Source: Lama guanicoe (lineage: Eukaryota). Taken from it: 64,000 nucleotides of DNA. The notes under the pieces are model-generated. The model saw only the letters and a list, made by a program, of their open reading frames with translations. It was not told where the DNA came from and did no database searches. Each line of letters starts with the position of its first letter. Within the stretch, counting starts at the first letter, position 1. This document shows positions 14,290-27,461 of the stretch, piece after piece. Location of the stretch: NCBI GenBank assembly GCA_013239625.1, contig MU054001.1, positions 2,548,151-2,612,150 on the forward strand, in the 5' to 3' direction. The position numbers were made by a program, and so were the translations under genes.

Positions 14290-15110
14290 ACTCTAATGAC
14301 ACACGGGTCACACTCCTTGAAGTAGTGCCGCAGCTCACTGACACTCTGCTCAGTTTTCTTTTCTTTTTTTCTTTCTCTTTTTCATTTTTGATAGTTGCTA
14401 TTTTTGTGTCATTAAATTCACAAATTTTTCCTTTTGCAGTGTCTAATCTGTCTTTAATCCCATCCAGTACTTTTCCTCTTACACATTGTAGTTCTTATTT
14501 TTCCAAGTTCATGTTCCTACTTGACAAGTACAATCGTTCCTCTGTTTATTTCTGTTTACTATATAGAATGCGTTATAATAATTTTAATGTTTCTTTCTGT
14601 TCATTCTAATATCTGGGTCAGTTATGGGTTGGTTTCAATGGATCGATTTTTCTCCTCATAATGGATTCTATTTTTCCCATTTCTTTGCATGCCTGGTAAT
14701 TTTTGATTGGATACCAGATACTTGTCAGTAATATGCTGCATTCTCCAGGAGGACTCCCTGCAGAGCTACAGAATCTTTTTCTGTGTGAGCCTTTCCTCTT
14801 GGTACTCTGCCTGCAAACACTAGCTGTCACGCTGTCCTTGGACCCTGATGTTCATATCCTCAATCAGGGAGGTTGCCTGCACTGCCTGGATTTCCCCTTC
14901 CTGTTCCATGGACTAGAAACTCTCTCACTGGAGTAAGCTGGGGAAACTGTGGGGTTCTTTTCATTTGTTTCCTGCCTGTCAGGGACCTCTGTCCTTTGTT
15001 GACTGATGTCCAATGTCTTGAAAACCATTATTTCATGTCTTTTGTCTGTCTTTCAGTGATTTCAGGAGCAAAGTTCTCTTGTTACTACATCATGGCTGAA
15101 AATGAAAGCC
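14290..15110 (-). mobile_element. Old LINE-1 5'/ORF1 fragment
   Basis: gtctaatctgtctttaatcccatccagt...ctttgcatgcctggtaatttttgattggataccagata, antisense L1M 5' region. Confidence 0.75.
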
Positions 15111-15684
15111 CTGAAGATTATTTTTTAAATAAATGATTTATAGTAACAGAAAGGGTTGCTAATAATATGTGATCCCTTTGGCTTTTAGATATCTCTTGGG
15201 CTGACTTAGCACAGTAGGTTATGGCATATTCATTACATGTTCATTGCAAAAGATAATGAACATTTTACTTCTAAAATGTTCTAACATTAAGGTGCAAGGT
15301 GTGAGTGTAGCAGTAAATCCTGATTGACTAATCTTTCAGAACTCTGGCAGTTAAATTTGACAAAATATCGGTGAACGTATTCTCAGTCTATAGGACAATT
15401 ACGGATGACAGCCCGTCTATGATGCTAATGGAACAAATAATGATTCTGTAAAGTTTTAGAACAGATGGGCAGTTATTTCTGTTTCTACAAAGTCGATGCT
15501 CAAGATAAGAGTAAACTTGTTTTCTTCTAACCAGGGAATTTTGTTTATGATATGGGAAAACTCATTCCTCATAAAGAATAGGAGTTAGCTTGTCAGTGAC
15601 TCAGAGAGCTGTGAAAACTCCCAGGCAAATGGTAATTGCTTTCATAGATATTTGTCAAATAAAAAATAGTATTATCTATTAATT

Positions 15685-15885
15685 ACAAGAACAGCAAACT
15701 GGTGGCTTGTGTGCAGTGTCCTTCCTGTCCACAGAGTGTTTTAAAAATCAGGAGATTTCATATAACAATCCAGATTTTCAGTTTCTCTTTGATGAGGGAA
15801 TCTCTCATCTAATAAACTTGACCCCTGTTATGCATTTGTATTAGCTGCATGGCCTGTGTATTCATCTGAATTCAGAACCCCTTCC
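15685..15885. mobile_element. hAT-Charlie MER (MER102-like) fossil
   Basis: aaaatcaggagatttcatataacaatccagattttcagtttctc motif. Confidence 0.45.
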
Positions 15886-16019
15886 TCAATACTTCATCCT
15901 TCTTATTTTTTAAATTGAAACATTTTCCTAATAAAGATAATGCCTACAATATTGTGAGTAGCAAAAACATATCACAGAAGCAGCATTGCTCTAAAGGCAC
16001 TTTAAACTTATTACTTTTG

Positions 16020-16605
16020 TCTTCTGATGGTTTAAACTAATGGCCACAAAACTTTGACACTACTCCCATTGAAAGAAGGGATCTATGTCTTTGCTCTTTT
16101 TTTTCCCCTTGAATCTAGACAGGCTTATGATTCAGTTGGAACCAATAGCATGTGGAAGAAGTAACACTGTGCGATTTCCTACCATAAGTAGTAAAAGTAG
16201 GCAACTTTTATTTTGTTTGCTGAGGTATCTGCCTTTGGAGCCTAGAGCTGCCAATTATGCTGTTCAACCACTCTGAGGCTGCCATTTATGGGGAAGCCCA
16301 GGCCTCATGCAGTAGGGGCTGTAACCAACAGTTCCACCTGAGGTCCCAGCCAGCAGCCATCATGAACTGTCAGACCTGAGTGGACATGCCTCCAGGTGAT
16401 TTCAGATTTCAGCCATCAAGTCATCCTTCACCATCAAGAATTCCTAGCTGAGGCCTCAGACACTACGGAGTAGAGATAAACTGTTCCCCCTAGGCCCTGT
16501 CTAGATTTTGATTCACAGAATATGTGAGCATGAAAAAAAATAGTTGTTTTAAGATGCTGAATTATAGGGTAGCTTTTCCACACACAGCAATAGTAACTGG
16601 GACAT
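16020..16605 (+). mobile_element. MLT1 (MaLR) solo LTR
   Basis: aatggccacaaaactttgacactactcccattga ... ttttaagatgctgaattatagggtagc...cagcaatagtaactgggaca. Confidence 0.85.
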
Positions 16606-16639
16606 AACTATTTCAAAACTTACTTGAAGTAACTCTACT

Positions 16640-16790
16640 CTGAAGAACACATTCAGTGATCTGAACCTCTCTGTCCATAAAATTGGGATGATAGTTTCTA
16701 TAAGACTAAGTGAATGAAAGCATGAAAACACGTAATATGCCAATGAAAGTGTCGGCACATGGTAGGTTCTTGCCCTTAAAAATAATTGAA
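16640..16790 (+). mobile_element. MIR SINE fragment
   Basis: aacctctctgtccataaaattgggatgatagt...gtgtcggcacatggtagg. Confidence 0.6.
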
Positions 16791-17438
16791 ACAAGAACAA
16801 TTTATTGCTATGTAATACTAGTTTCACAATAGATATTTAGTTCATCTGTCCTCTTGTATTTTCCCCCCAAATCCTAATCCCTCATTACAAATAGAACTGA
16901 TGCTGAAGAAATTATATGGATTCTGGGTGAAAATTCTAGTTAAATGAAGGGCACACTACACCAAGACAGCATTCTAGGCTCCTTGGTAAAAGAACAAATC
17001 AAGACTTTCATTTACCCTTTAAATCAGCTGTAATTGGACTTGTAGGTTTTTCAGAAAATTGAAAAAGTTAATTCCAGGAATGATAAAACATTTGATACCT
17101 TAGAGACCTTAAGCTGTTTGTTTTAACTAAACACGTCCACCCTACCCTCCACAAATATGTAATCTACATTGACAGTCTTTGTCTCTAGGGCCAAGACTTT
17201 TTCTTTAGGTAGGGGTTCCCTAACTGCAGTTTCATATTGCCTTTCTTGCATTAAACCATAGCTGTGGTATATATTGGCTGCGATTTTTTTTTTTACTTCA
17301 GTCTCTTTAGAGAGGAGTGAGAACTTAATGGAACTCAAGAGGCAGTTGAGTCAGACCCCTTTTATATTTTTGCAGCCTAATTTGATAGCCATTTTTAGGT
17401 CACTCATCACTTATTGATTCTTTTTAAAGTATGAACAC

Positions 17439-17444
<6 letters not shown>

Positions 17445-17467
<23 letters not shown>
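17445..17467. repeat. Poly(T) tract
   Basis: About 23 consecutive T. Confidence 0.9.
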
Positions 17468-17471
<4 letters not shown>

Positions 17472-17851
17472 TTGTATTACATAAGTGGCTACACCTGTGA
17501 CTTGGTCACGCACACTCACTTCAGTCCCTTATATCTTTGTATGTGTGTTATAGTTAAGTTCCATACAAGGAGCCCATAAAAGGGTTACAGATGGCATTCA
17601 GTGGGAGGAAGGGGAGAGTTATAACTTTTCACTCTGGCATTGGAAAGGTGTCAGTAAAGACTGTTTGAGTCAGGAGCTCTCCTTTGCCACATGTGGAAGG
17701 ATGGTGGAGTTGGAAATGGTAGCAATATGGTGGAGAATACTCTCTGCAGATGACAAGTCATGTGCAAAGACGGAGGCAGTCAGGTTCAGGTCCTATTTGG
17801 TGAATAATGAGCGCCCAATTTTCCTGGAGGTAAGTAAGCTATGTCTACAGG

Positions 17852-17986
17852 GAGGGTGATCCTTACACCTCAGTTTTCCCAGGACATTCCAGACTTATGC
17901 TTGTTGTTCAAGAATCCCCACTCAAGTCAGCACTTGTCCCAGAGATAAGTGTCCTGGCTTGGACAATAAACTATATGGTCACCCTA
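17852..17986. mobile_element. Short hAT-type MITE (MER96-like) with terminal inverted repeats
   Basis: Ends agggtgatc ... ggtcaccct(a) are inverted repeats; internal ccaggaca / tgtcctgg pair. Confidence 0.6.
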
Positions 17987-18779
17987 CCTAAAGGAGAAGA
18001 ATAGAAAGGATTAAGGATAAAATGCCAGGTAACGGTTTTTGACTTAAGGAGGCACTTAAAAGACATGGAAGAGTTGCGGAGTTTAGCGAGTCAGGGCAAA
18101 ATTTTTGAAGGGTCCAGTTGGTGACACGGCAGATTATAAAATGGGTGAATGAGAAGAGGAATAAAGAAATTTAAATTGAGGTTTCTGGTAATAAGTAGCT
18201 TAGGAAGGCAGCCAGGAGAAGGGTTAGGGGTTGAGAAAATGCAGGTGAAGGCATAGACAGGAATAAAACATGAAAATTTAATATTGAAGCATCAAATTCC
18301 TTGAGAGGTGCATGGTTGGGGAACAGGATTTCCTGTCCTTTTCCTTAGGTCACTTGGTGGCATGGTTTAATTGCTAATCCAGATCCTCCTGGAATGGAAA
18401 GAATAAGAAATCAACCCTTAGGTCTCGTAGCTCTTCCAGCTTGGAGATGGGCCTTGTAGGTGTGCACCACTTTGCTGTTGAGAATAAATCACCAAGATTC
18501 TGTCTCCCACCTACATTTTGGGAGATGAAAAGAAGTGAATTATTAGTCTAGAGATCTCACCTCCATTCTAGATTCATTTCCCACCTTTAGTTTCTCATTG
18601 GAAACTTGAAAAAAGGTGGATTTCTTTATGTGTATTATGGTCTTCCCTTGAAGAGGAGGTGACGAGAAAAAAAATTTTTAAATGGGGCCAAGCACTCACA
18701 GAAGTAATTTCTTTTTCTCATTTTCAAGCCAGAAAAGTCACCTTTCCGCACAACTCCCTCATGTTAAAGCTATGTTTTT

Positions 18780-19246
18780 TTTAAACATTTTTTATTGATT
18801 TATAATCATTTTACAATGTTGTGTCAGATTCCAGTGTTCAGCACAATTTTTCAGTCATTCATGGACATATACACACTCATTGTCACATTTTTTTCTGTGA
18901 GTTATCAAAACATTTTGTGTATATTTCCCTGTGCTATACAGTGTAATCTTGTTTATCTATTCTACAATTTTGAAATCCCAGTCTATCCCTTCCTACCCTC
19001 CACCCCCCTGGTAACCACAAGTTGTATTCTCTGTCTGTGAGTCTATTTCTGTCCTGTATTTATGCTTTGTTTTTGTTTGTTTGTTTGTTTTTGTTTTTGT
19101 TTTTTAGATTCCACATATGAGCGACCTCATATGGTATTTTTCTTTCTCTTTCTGGCTTACTTCACTTAGAATGACATTCTCCAGGAGCATCCATGTTGCT
19201 GCAAATGGCATTATGTTGTCAGTTTTTATGGCTGAGTAGTATTCCA
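18780..19246 (-). mobile_element. Young 5'-truncated L1 3' end with 16-bp TSD
   Basis: Perfect TSD ttaaagctatgttttt at 18764-18779 and 19247-19262; T-rich tail at left; body ...tttagattccacatatgagcga...gctgagtagtattcca. Confidence 0.95.
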
Positions 19247-19834
19247 TTAAAGCTATGTTTTTATCTTGATATCTGAAAAACATTTGGATAACACTAAGTT
19301 CTCTACACAGATGTGGGGTGCTTTATATAAAAGACACATGTGTGACCCCCTCCCTTTAAGTCCCCCCACTCCACCTTCAGCATACATTTCCCCTGGTGCT
19401 TTTCATCCTGTTAGAGACTCTGAAATGAAGTAGAAACTTTTCTGGAGATTTGACAGAGAGGAAGCTCTTTCTCTTTTTGTCTCTGAGATGCAGGGTTTGC
19501 AGAGCCTTTGTGGAGACGGGGGTCTGGGCTCGGCGCGAGCTCTCGCTGACACAGGTGTGTACTTTCAATTCATCTTCCTGCCAGTTCACAACCCACTGGC
19601 CTCAAACTCTGCTTTGGCCAGTGCCTGCCCATTCTCAGCCAGATAACAATTTCAGATGTTTTTTCAAGCATGTAGAAGTCAGTGTGGACACAGGAGGGCA
19701 CAGTCTTGGGTGCTGTGTAGAAGGTTAACTGACTTGGAAATCTGTTTCTGAATTGTAGGAATCAAAACATCTCTGAGTATTCATCTGTGAGGACAGGATC
19801 ATTACCCACGTTAGAAACATGGCCAAGTAGGTGT

Positions 19835-20210
19835 TTGCTCTTTCAGTAAGTATTGGACCACCTCCTCCAGGGCCTGGAGATAGAGCAGTGAGCAGAATAG
19901 CAAAAATTCCTGCCCCCTTGGAGCCTACATTTACTGAAGCAGAGAGAGAGAGAAATGATAAATAGTATAGTAAATAAAATAAATGGTAATGAAGGGAAAA
20001 AAAATCAGGGGGAAAGGAAATGATGAGGGTGAAGGAGTTTAAAATAGTAAGTAGGGAAGCCAGGGAAGGCCTCACAATAAGGTTACTTGCTTCCTTTGGG
20101 CATTTCCTAGAATAAGTCCAAGCCATGTCTTGTGGACGGGTATTCCAGGCAAACGCAAAATCCGTGATATGACGCATTCCAGGGACAGCCAGCAGGCAAG
20201 TGCTCTAGAA
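19835..20210 (-). mobile_element. LINE-2 fragment
   Basis: ccagggcctggagatagagcagtgagcag...cctgcccccttggagcctacatt; cagggaaggcctc. Confidence 0.7.
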
Positions 20211-20319
20211 CGAACTATTTGTCCAAGTGGCTTTTCATGTTTTCTCTGCACAGTGAAGGCCTAAGGTCTAACCTAACACAGTGTGTATTGGCTGTTCCAT
20301 GTATCGATTAGATTATCAT

Positions 20320-20465
20320 TAACCCTAGGGAACATTTGGAAAATACTGGGCTTGAATCCCTGTCCAAGCTATTCCTGTTGAGTAGGCCTCGGGGGATGGC
20401 CAGGCACTTGTCTTTGTAGACAGCTCCCCAGGTAGTTTAGATGATGTGTAGTTCTGGGGATCAGT
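20320..20465. mobile_element. MER5-type hAT-Charlie element
   Basis: ttgagtaggcctcggggg...ctccccaggtagtttagatg. Confidence 0.55.
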
Positions 20466-21319
20466 TATGTAGATCCAATCCATTATGATCTCCAGCTTCA
20501 TTTTGGCTACAGCATCTATGGATTCTTCCTTTTCAGGGCAGTAAAACATTAAGGTCAATATGATTAATGTTGGATTCAGTTATTTTATTGGTAGGGAGAA
20601 GGCGAGGTGGTGACAGGCAAATGTTTTTGTCTTATGCTCAGGAACTGCAACACAATTTCCAATTGCACTGTAGATTTGTGCTGGGCTTTGCTTTCTTTCC
20701 ATGAGAACTGGCCACTGTCTTCAAAAGGTTCTAGTTGCTCTACTCCATGTCTCACCGTAGCCAAGGAAGGATTAAATAAGCCAACTGTGAGTAGGGGTAG
20801 ATATAAATAGGATTCACCAGGAACTTGAATACAACTTGAAATATTCTGTTCTTATATCTCCTGCCTAATGGTCTTGTGTTCCATCATTTCTACAATGTAG
20901 AAGAATGGGCACGCATAACTCTTTGAGTTTTATGCCTGAGAGCTTCTGCCATGAGAGAGTCTGGCTTCTAGTCCCTGACTCTCACGTCTAAGAAATTTCC
21001 AGGGAGGAGACTCAGTGACCTGTTCTTGGTCAGGGGCCTCCTATGGAGTGGATGGAACACGGCCAGTGCCATGTAAGAGTGTGGCAGCTCCTTTAGTAGC
21101 CATCAATGAGAGGATGACAGTTCCCAGGAGAAGGATGGGGTGAGTGTGTATGAATCCTCCCTTAGCTGTTCACTCCAGAGGCAAAACTCACCTTGAAACT
21201 TTTCCTTTGAAATTGATTTAGAGCCAGGGTAATTTAGATTTAGAGCCAAACCCAAAGTCCTTGAAATTGGGTGAACGGCCCTCCTAGATCTAATTTCCTA
21301 TTACTGTACTGTAACTTCC

Positions 21320-21730
21320 TCTTTGAGCATCATTCCTAAGCTCATGCCACTCTAGTCACACTGGTCTCTCCAAGCAAGGCCTTTGAATTTGCTGTTGCTA
21401 CTGCCTGGAAAAGTTCCATCCCAGAAAGCTACATGGCTGATGCCTCCTTCTGGTCTTCTCTGAAATAGTTTTCTCAGTGAATCTCTCCCTGTCCATCTTA
21501 TTTAAAATCGTACTTCTCTCACCCTAGAACTCCCAGTAGTCCCCAACAGTTTCATACATAGCCTTCATTATCACATTACATCCTCTGTCTTACGCATTTG
21601 CCATGCTTTTCATTCACTACAACGTTAGCTTCACAAAGCCAGGTTTTGTTTTGTTTTTTTGGTCTGTCTTGTATTCTCAGCCCCTGGAGCAATGCCTGGC
21701 ACATAGTAGGCACTCAGCAAATAGTGAGTA
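21320..21730 (+). mobile_element. LINE-2 3' end
   Basis: ggcctttgaatttgctgtt...aatgcctggcacatagtaggcactcagcaaata. Confidence 0.8.
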
Positions 21731-23399
21731 ACCAGTGAAGTTCAGATTTATCATCTTAAGACAGCTGTAGGTATTCCACAGCTATACTTTTCCAGGACTT
21801 TCCATGACTAGGAACCCCCAGGTAGAGGGTCCCACCTGAGCCTCCTTTGGGTTGACTCCAGTGATGATTCTAGACAATGAACAGAAGAGCAAGGAGGCTG
21901 GTGTTGGCATAGCAGCTGCTGGGTTGGGAAGGCATCTGTATTACTCAAACACAGCGGCATCCCTGGGGAGAGGGTAACCTTGAGGCTCTGCAGGTCTTTT
22001 CAATATCTTGGATTAAATGAACTGTGAAATATTTGTTTTATTAGGAGAGCTTGGGTTTGTTTCTGAGGCTTTACATCGTGTCTGTTCTGGGCAGCTGATA
22101 CATAGCAGAGTGGAGAGTGCACCATGTTTAAAGAACTCACGGGAACCTCTCCCATTACTTGGGGTCTGTTTTCAGGGGCCCCTCTCATTTCTCCTCCAAG
22201 ACCAGCAGTCTCTTTGTTGATACAAAGCACTGGGGAAAGACAAGGTTCCTGTCGGTAAAGAACTGTGGAGGGGAGCAGCCTCATATACCACTGAGTGCAG
22301 AGGAACTCAAGAAATCCTTTTTCACCAAAATGGCTGCAACCTATACCATTTCTGACTGGGGCAAGTGCATTCAGTGGAGACAGGACTGGGAGTTCAGGAA
22401 GAGTCAGTTCCTAAAGCTGACAGAAACTAGAGACATTTTATGCAATGTGAATGAAAAGACCCTCATGTGTACAGATGTGCTGAATACAGTTCCGCAGCAT
22501 CTCCTGCTAAGTGCGTTGCTCTTAAATCACATTTTCCACCTCTTGTCTAGGAAAGCTGAGGGTCTCTGAGGTTCACGGGGGAAGCCCTACTTTCTGAGTG
22601 GGGAGTGAGAAAGCCCAAATCCCCATGGTGAATTCCCATGGCTAATGGAATGGGAGCCTCCACGTTCTTAGCGATGAATATTGAGCTCCTTTCTTTCTGC
22701 TACAGATTTGTTGTTGACTCACCTGTGGATATACATCCGGCACTCTGTGTCTGCAGACACAGAGCCCACAGGTATGGGGGGCCGACTGGACGACACCGTT
22801 TTATACATATAAGGGACTTGAGCAGCTGTAGATTTTGTGTATGTGTGATTGTATGTGTGTAGATGTGGGTGCATAAGTGCATAGGAGAAGTTTGGGAGTA
22901 TGTACCCTCCCAATGGTTAACTTTTCAATGCTATGAAGAAAAGAAAGAATGGGCTGGGGTAAAAGAAAGCGTTTCACTTTAAGCCTTATGCAATGTTAAA
23001 ATTTTGGCATCTTTTTTGGTACCAAAATGTATCCATGCATTATTTGTGCAGTTTTAAAAAAATGGTAAAAAAAATTGTAATTGGCAAATGAAATCACTAA
23101 TTTATGACAAATTGACTGATGTTTCCTTTTCTGCTTTCCTCCATTTCTTGCCCATTCCAAACGATCACAGTGGTAGCGGACTGGGGAGGGGAAGCTAGTC
23201 ACATCAGGTAGGAATCATTGTTCCTCTAATGCTGCCGACCTACTTTTCTACATACATATGCCATTTTTCTCACGCTGTCCATTATACCTAGAATTCTTCC
23301 TTTCCCAGCTCTTGGTGTCTTCAATTACAAATTCTGTTCATCCTTTAAGACCTATCTAGATTAAATCACCTCCATGACACTTTTTCTCATTTGTTCATC

Positions 23400-23700
23400 A
23401 AACATCTTATCCATCCATCTAACCATTCATCATTTAGTGAATCGTTACTAAATGCCAAATATTGTGTGGAACTTTAGGTAATACAGATATTCCTGCCTCC
23501 TTGAAGACAACATTATAAAGACAGAAAATAAATAATCCAGCAATCGAATGAATATAAAATGTAAAACTGTAATGAATGCTAGAAGAAAAATAAACATGAT
23601 ACCCTGGTAGAGAATAAGGAAACAGCACCCAAATGAAGTAGGGTGATCAGGAGGACGCTTATCCTAAGATATAAAAATGGAAAAAACAAGAAACATCTCA
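23400..23700 (-). mobile_element. LINE-2 3' fragment
   Basis: cattcatcatttagtgaatcgttactaaatgccaaatattgtg...attcctgcctcc. Confidence 0.55.
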
Positions 23701-24673
23701 AAGGATGGAGGAGAGGAAATATGGGGATGTTTTCACAGGGGAAACATAATACATATGATCTCCTTTGCTCCTGAAATCCTTCTATATCTGCTCACATTGT
23801 TCATTGTGTGTATCATGCCTCTGCTCATATTCTTGATTTTCAGGCTTTGGGGCAGCTTTCAGTTCCCTGTCATGTAGCAGGGAACCAACAAACTGAGTCC
23901 AGCATCTGGGGACTCCAAAGCAGGAAGAAGGAATTCCCCCATATTATCTCAAAGACATCTTAAATTTCATTGATACCCTCTCTGGAGAATCTCTAAAGAC
24001 ACAGAGACTGTTTCTAAACTGATCTTTGGGACTGAATATTAAAGTGGCTTTACTTTTCCATGTTGCCTCTCTGCTAGATCTTTACTCTGAACCAGGAAAG
24101 AAAGATTTCCATTATCTGCTAATGCAGTTCTGGTTGGATAGAATCAATCCTTGGGACAAACTTTATTTAAAATCATTTAACGTTTTATTAAAGAGGAAGT
24201 ACTTCCTTTCCTTTGTGTTCCCTTAGGCCTGTGGGTTTTTATTTATTTTTTAATAGGAAAGAGAAAGTGTAGTTTTGGTAGACTAGAAATTGTTTTCTTT
24301 AGTGAAATATATGGACTATAGAATATATCCAGCCTATAATCACCTCTCCATGACTCTAAACTGAGTTGGTGCTGTTTTACCAAATTAATGAGTTGTTAGT
24401 CATCTTGATTTTCCCCTAAGGTCTGGCCTTAAGGCATGCAAAGGTTTTTATTTTCTAAACCAGAAACCAGAAAATATCTTTGCTCTCTCTCGGGAGTAGG
24501 GGATAACATCTTCAAGACGAAGGCACTAGAGAGAACAACTCCAATTTCAGGAACAGATGGTAGTCAGAATAAAGTGGAAAACACCTTGCCATCTCTGGAA
24601 GGTCGTAGAATCTTAGAAGGAATTTTGGAATTATTTAGATCACTCCTCTACCCAGTGCTAGAATGTGTATATT

Positions 24674-24863
24674 TTTTTAAAACATTTCTTAATTGAGTTA
24701 TAGTCATTTTACAGTGTTGTGTCAAATTTCAGTGTAGAGCACAATTTATCAGTTATACATGAACATACCATACATTCATTGTCACATTCTCTTTCACTGT
24801 GAGCCACCACAAGATCGTGTATATATTTCCCTGTGCTACACAGTGCAATCTTGTTTATCCATT
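24674..24863 (-). mobile_element. Young ~190-bp L1 3' end with 16-bp TSD
   Basis: TSD ctagaatgtgtatatt at 24658-24673 and 24864-24879; same family as 18780-19246. Confidence 0.9.
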
Positions 24864-25109
24864 CTAGAATGTGTATATTATAATCCTAAAAAATGATCAT
24901 ATATCTCCCCCATAAATATTTCCCTTGGTGAGAAACATAGTACTTTACATTCTAGGACAGATCATTCTTTTTTTCAGTTATCTCTGGTTATTAGACATTA
25001 CTTATTCACACCAGTTTCATCCCACAACCTTTGATGAGACAAAACCTACAGTTCTACCATCTTTCTGGTAATCCTAAGAACATGTCTTATCCATGGCTTA
25101 ATTAAAACT

Positions 25110-25310
25110 AAATTGGGCTTTGAAGCAGACGATTCAAATTATGTCTCCACAAATTAGTTGATCTCAGGCAAGTTCTTAATTTCTATGCTTCAATTTCCTC
25201 CTCTATAAAATGTAGATAGTTACCTACCCCACTAAATAATTGTGTGAATTAAATAAGAAAAAGTGTGTGAAAATGCCTCACATATACCCAACACATAGTG
25301 GGTGGCCCAT
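25110..25310 (+). mobile_element. MIR SINE
   Basis: gggctttgaagcagac...caggcaagttctt...tttcctctctataaaatg. Confidence 0.7.
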
Positions 25311-25399
25311 CAGTTTTCTTTTCTCAGGATTACTTCAAGAGCCTGAGCACAATTACAGGGAAGCAGTGTCTTTGTCTGCAAGTAATGGGGAACTCAAAT

Positions 25400-25850
25400 A
25401 TTATTGACTTTATCATAAGGACATTTCTTGTTTATTGATTAAAAAGCTCAAAGATAGGAAGCCTTTGGTTTGTTCTGGTAACTTCCCGGTCTCATGGAGG
25501 ACCCAGGCTCTACCTGTCTGCTCCACTGTTCCTAGCATCGCTGGCTTTTCCCTCCAAGCTTCCAGCACTCTAGCTGTAAGATGGCCGCTGTAGCCCGCAG
25601 CACCGTGGATGAATTCAAGGCAGAAAGGAAAAGGGAGGAGTGGCATCTGTAACTCTCTTTTCACTCCCTTTCCCTTTTTCAGGAAGCAAAGTAGTGTTCC
25701 CTGGAGCCTCTCTGTAGACTTTTGCTTGTCTTTCATTGCCCAGACTGGGCGAAAGAACCATTCACTCTGCACGGTGAGCTGGGAAGGTGATGTAGACAAG
25801 AGGAAAGGAGGAGGATGGGGATGCCCAGGCATTAGCCAAATAACCACAGC
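25400..25850 (-). mobile_element. Old MLT1-type LTR
   Basis: ctccactgttcctagcatc...aagatggccgctgtagc...tcattgcccagactggg. Confidence 0.6.
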
Positions 25851-26014
25851 TGCTCCTGTAGCATCTTTCAGGTTTCCCCCAAATTGTCAGTTCTTCAGGC
25901 TTATTACTCCCTGTTGCCTCAGCAGCTCTGAAAATGACTTGATTTGCATACCCTTTGCTCCTTGAGTCTCCTTGGTTGGGTTAATCATGGTCAGAACAAG
26001 GTAATGGCTATATC

Positions 26015-26420
26015 CCTTGGGGCTCAATCAGAGAGCAGAATCACTGTGAGTATAATGAACTCTGGGGTTTATTGTGGGATTTGATTTTACAAAATGTAGG
26101 AGGAGCTGGAACAAGTTAGGTCCAGAAAAGGGAGGTGTTAGATCAGAGAAAAGTCACTAGCCAGCTTTCCAGAGTTGCGGACACTGGGAAACAAGTCATA
26201 ATTTTTCGAGGGGAATCTGGGAAGCCAGGCATGTTCAGCTGCCAGAGCCTGGCCACAGAAGGGATCTGGTAAAGAAATTTCTGGAAGGCTATTGTCTCTG
26301 TGTCTAGGGGTGAGCCAGGGTGACTGCTGGTCAGTCAGACCTGTAGTCAGGAAGAAGGGCTGCATGCCCGGGAAAGCTAGGACAAGCCAGAACCTACCAG
26401 CCCCTCTTTTCTGCCTCTCA
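26015..26420. mobile_element. ERVL-class LTR fragment
   Basis: gggctcaatcagagagcagaatcact...gggatttgattttacaaaatgtaggaggagctgg. Confidence 0.4.
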
Positions 26421-27370
26421 CTTCATCTAACCACAGTGAATCTTAGAGCATAAGTTCAGAGTGATTCCAATGCATCCGGTGTAGTTCCTCCAAACCCAGA
26501 ATCTGTCAAGCATGGGGCTGTCCACCCAATGGACTATGGCCGTGATGATGTTTCACACACTTTAGAGCAGATTCTCCGAGGGTGTATCCAACGAGGATAT
26601 AGGGCCTATTCTAAAGGTAAAAAAATAGAATTAGCGTGAGATATGAACATAAGTTACTCATATGAATCCATTAGGGGAAGGAAAAGTAGGAACTTAGATT
26701 GCGAGCATAAAGGAGAAGGAAGAGAATGGAATTCTGAAGCAGAAACTGTGCCCCGCCCCAATCATGGTCAAGCCTTTCACATCTCCACTACTAATTTTTG
26801 TTTCTTTAACTTCTGTTTCTAAACCCCAAGACAGCAGTTTTTCCTGAAGAGTACTTTTTTCCTTTTAGAATTAAATCTTTCATCTTTGTCCTGACTTGTA
26901 TATCAGTAAATGTTTAGCAGTGTGTTAACTGTTATCTTTTGTGTACTGAAGCACGAGATTGTTTAGAATAATTAAATCATGGGCTGTCTCCTGCACCCGT
27001 CTCACTGCTGGTTCTCTTTTCATCTAGGTGATAAAAGCCAGACATGCATTAATCTACATCAAATTGTCTCATGATAACTTGAAAAATTATGAGAGAATGT
27101 TATCTAATCATGAAAGTAAGTTAAATTCTTCCTTTTCTATAAATAAGAGGGTTTCTTTTTTTTTCTATTTACAAAGCAGACAGAACATCAGTGAGTAGGG
27201 CCATTTTTCTATTCCATTATGGAACACATGATATATTTATTGTTTCTAAGATTTGTTTCTTAAGGCCGGTTTGTCAAAAGGACAGCCTGACCTATGTCTT
27301 CTCTGCATGGCAAGCTGAATGCCAAACAAATGTCTCCTTCATTCCAAAGACATTATTCTGTTCTATTCAG

Positions 27371-27461
27371 GTAGAAGATGATGCTTAACTTAGCAGCAGG
27401 AAATTGCTTAACTGGAGTACCTTCTGATGGCAAACTTATTTCACAGACCTTTGTAGAGAAG
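27371..27461 (+). other. Candidate spliced exon (91 nt)
   Basis: Acceptor ttctgttctattcag|G and perfect donor AAG|GTAAGT in unique sequence; no transcript evidence. Confidence 0.35.

Noticed and set aside
22159..22569. 136-aa ORF in non-repeat sequence
   Set aside because: Non-ATG start, no recognisable homology and no convincing splice context.
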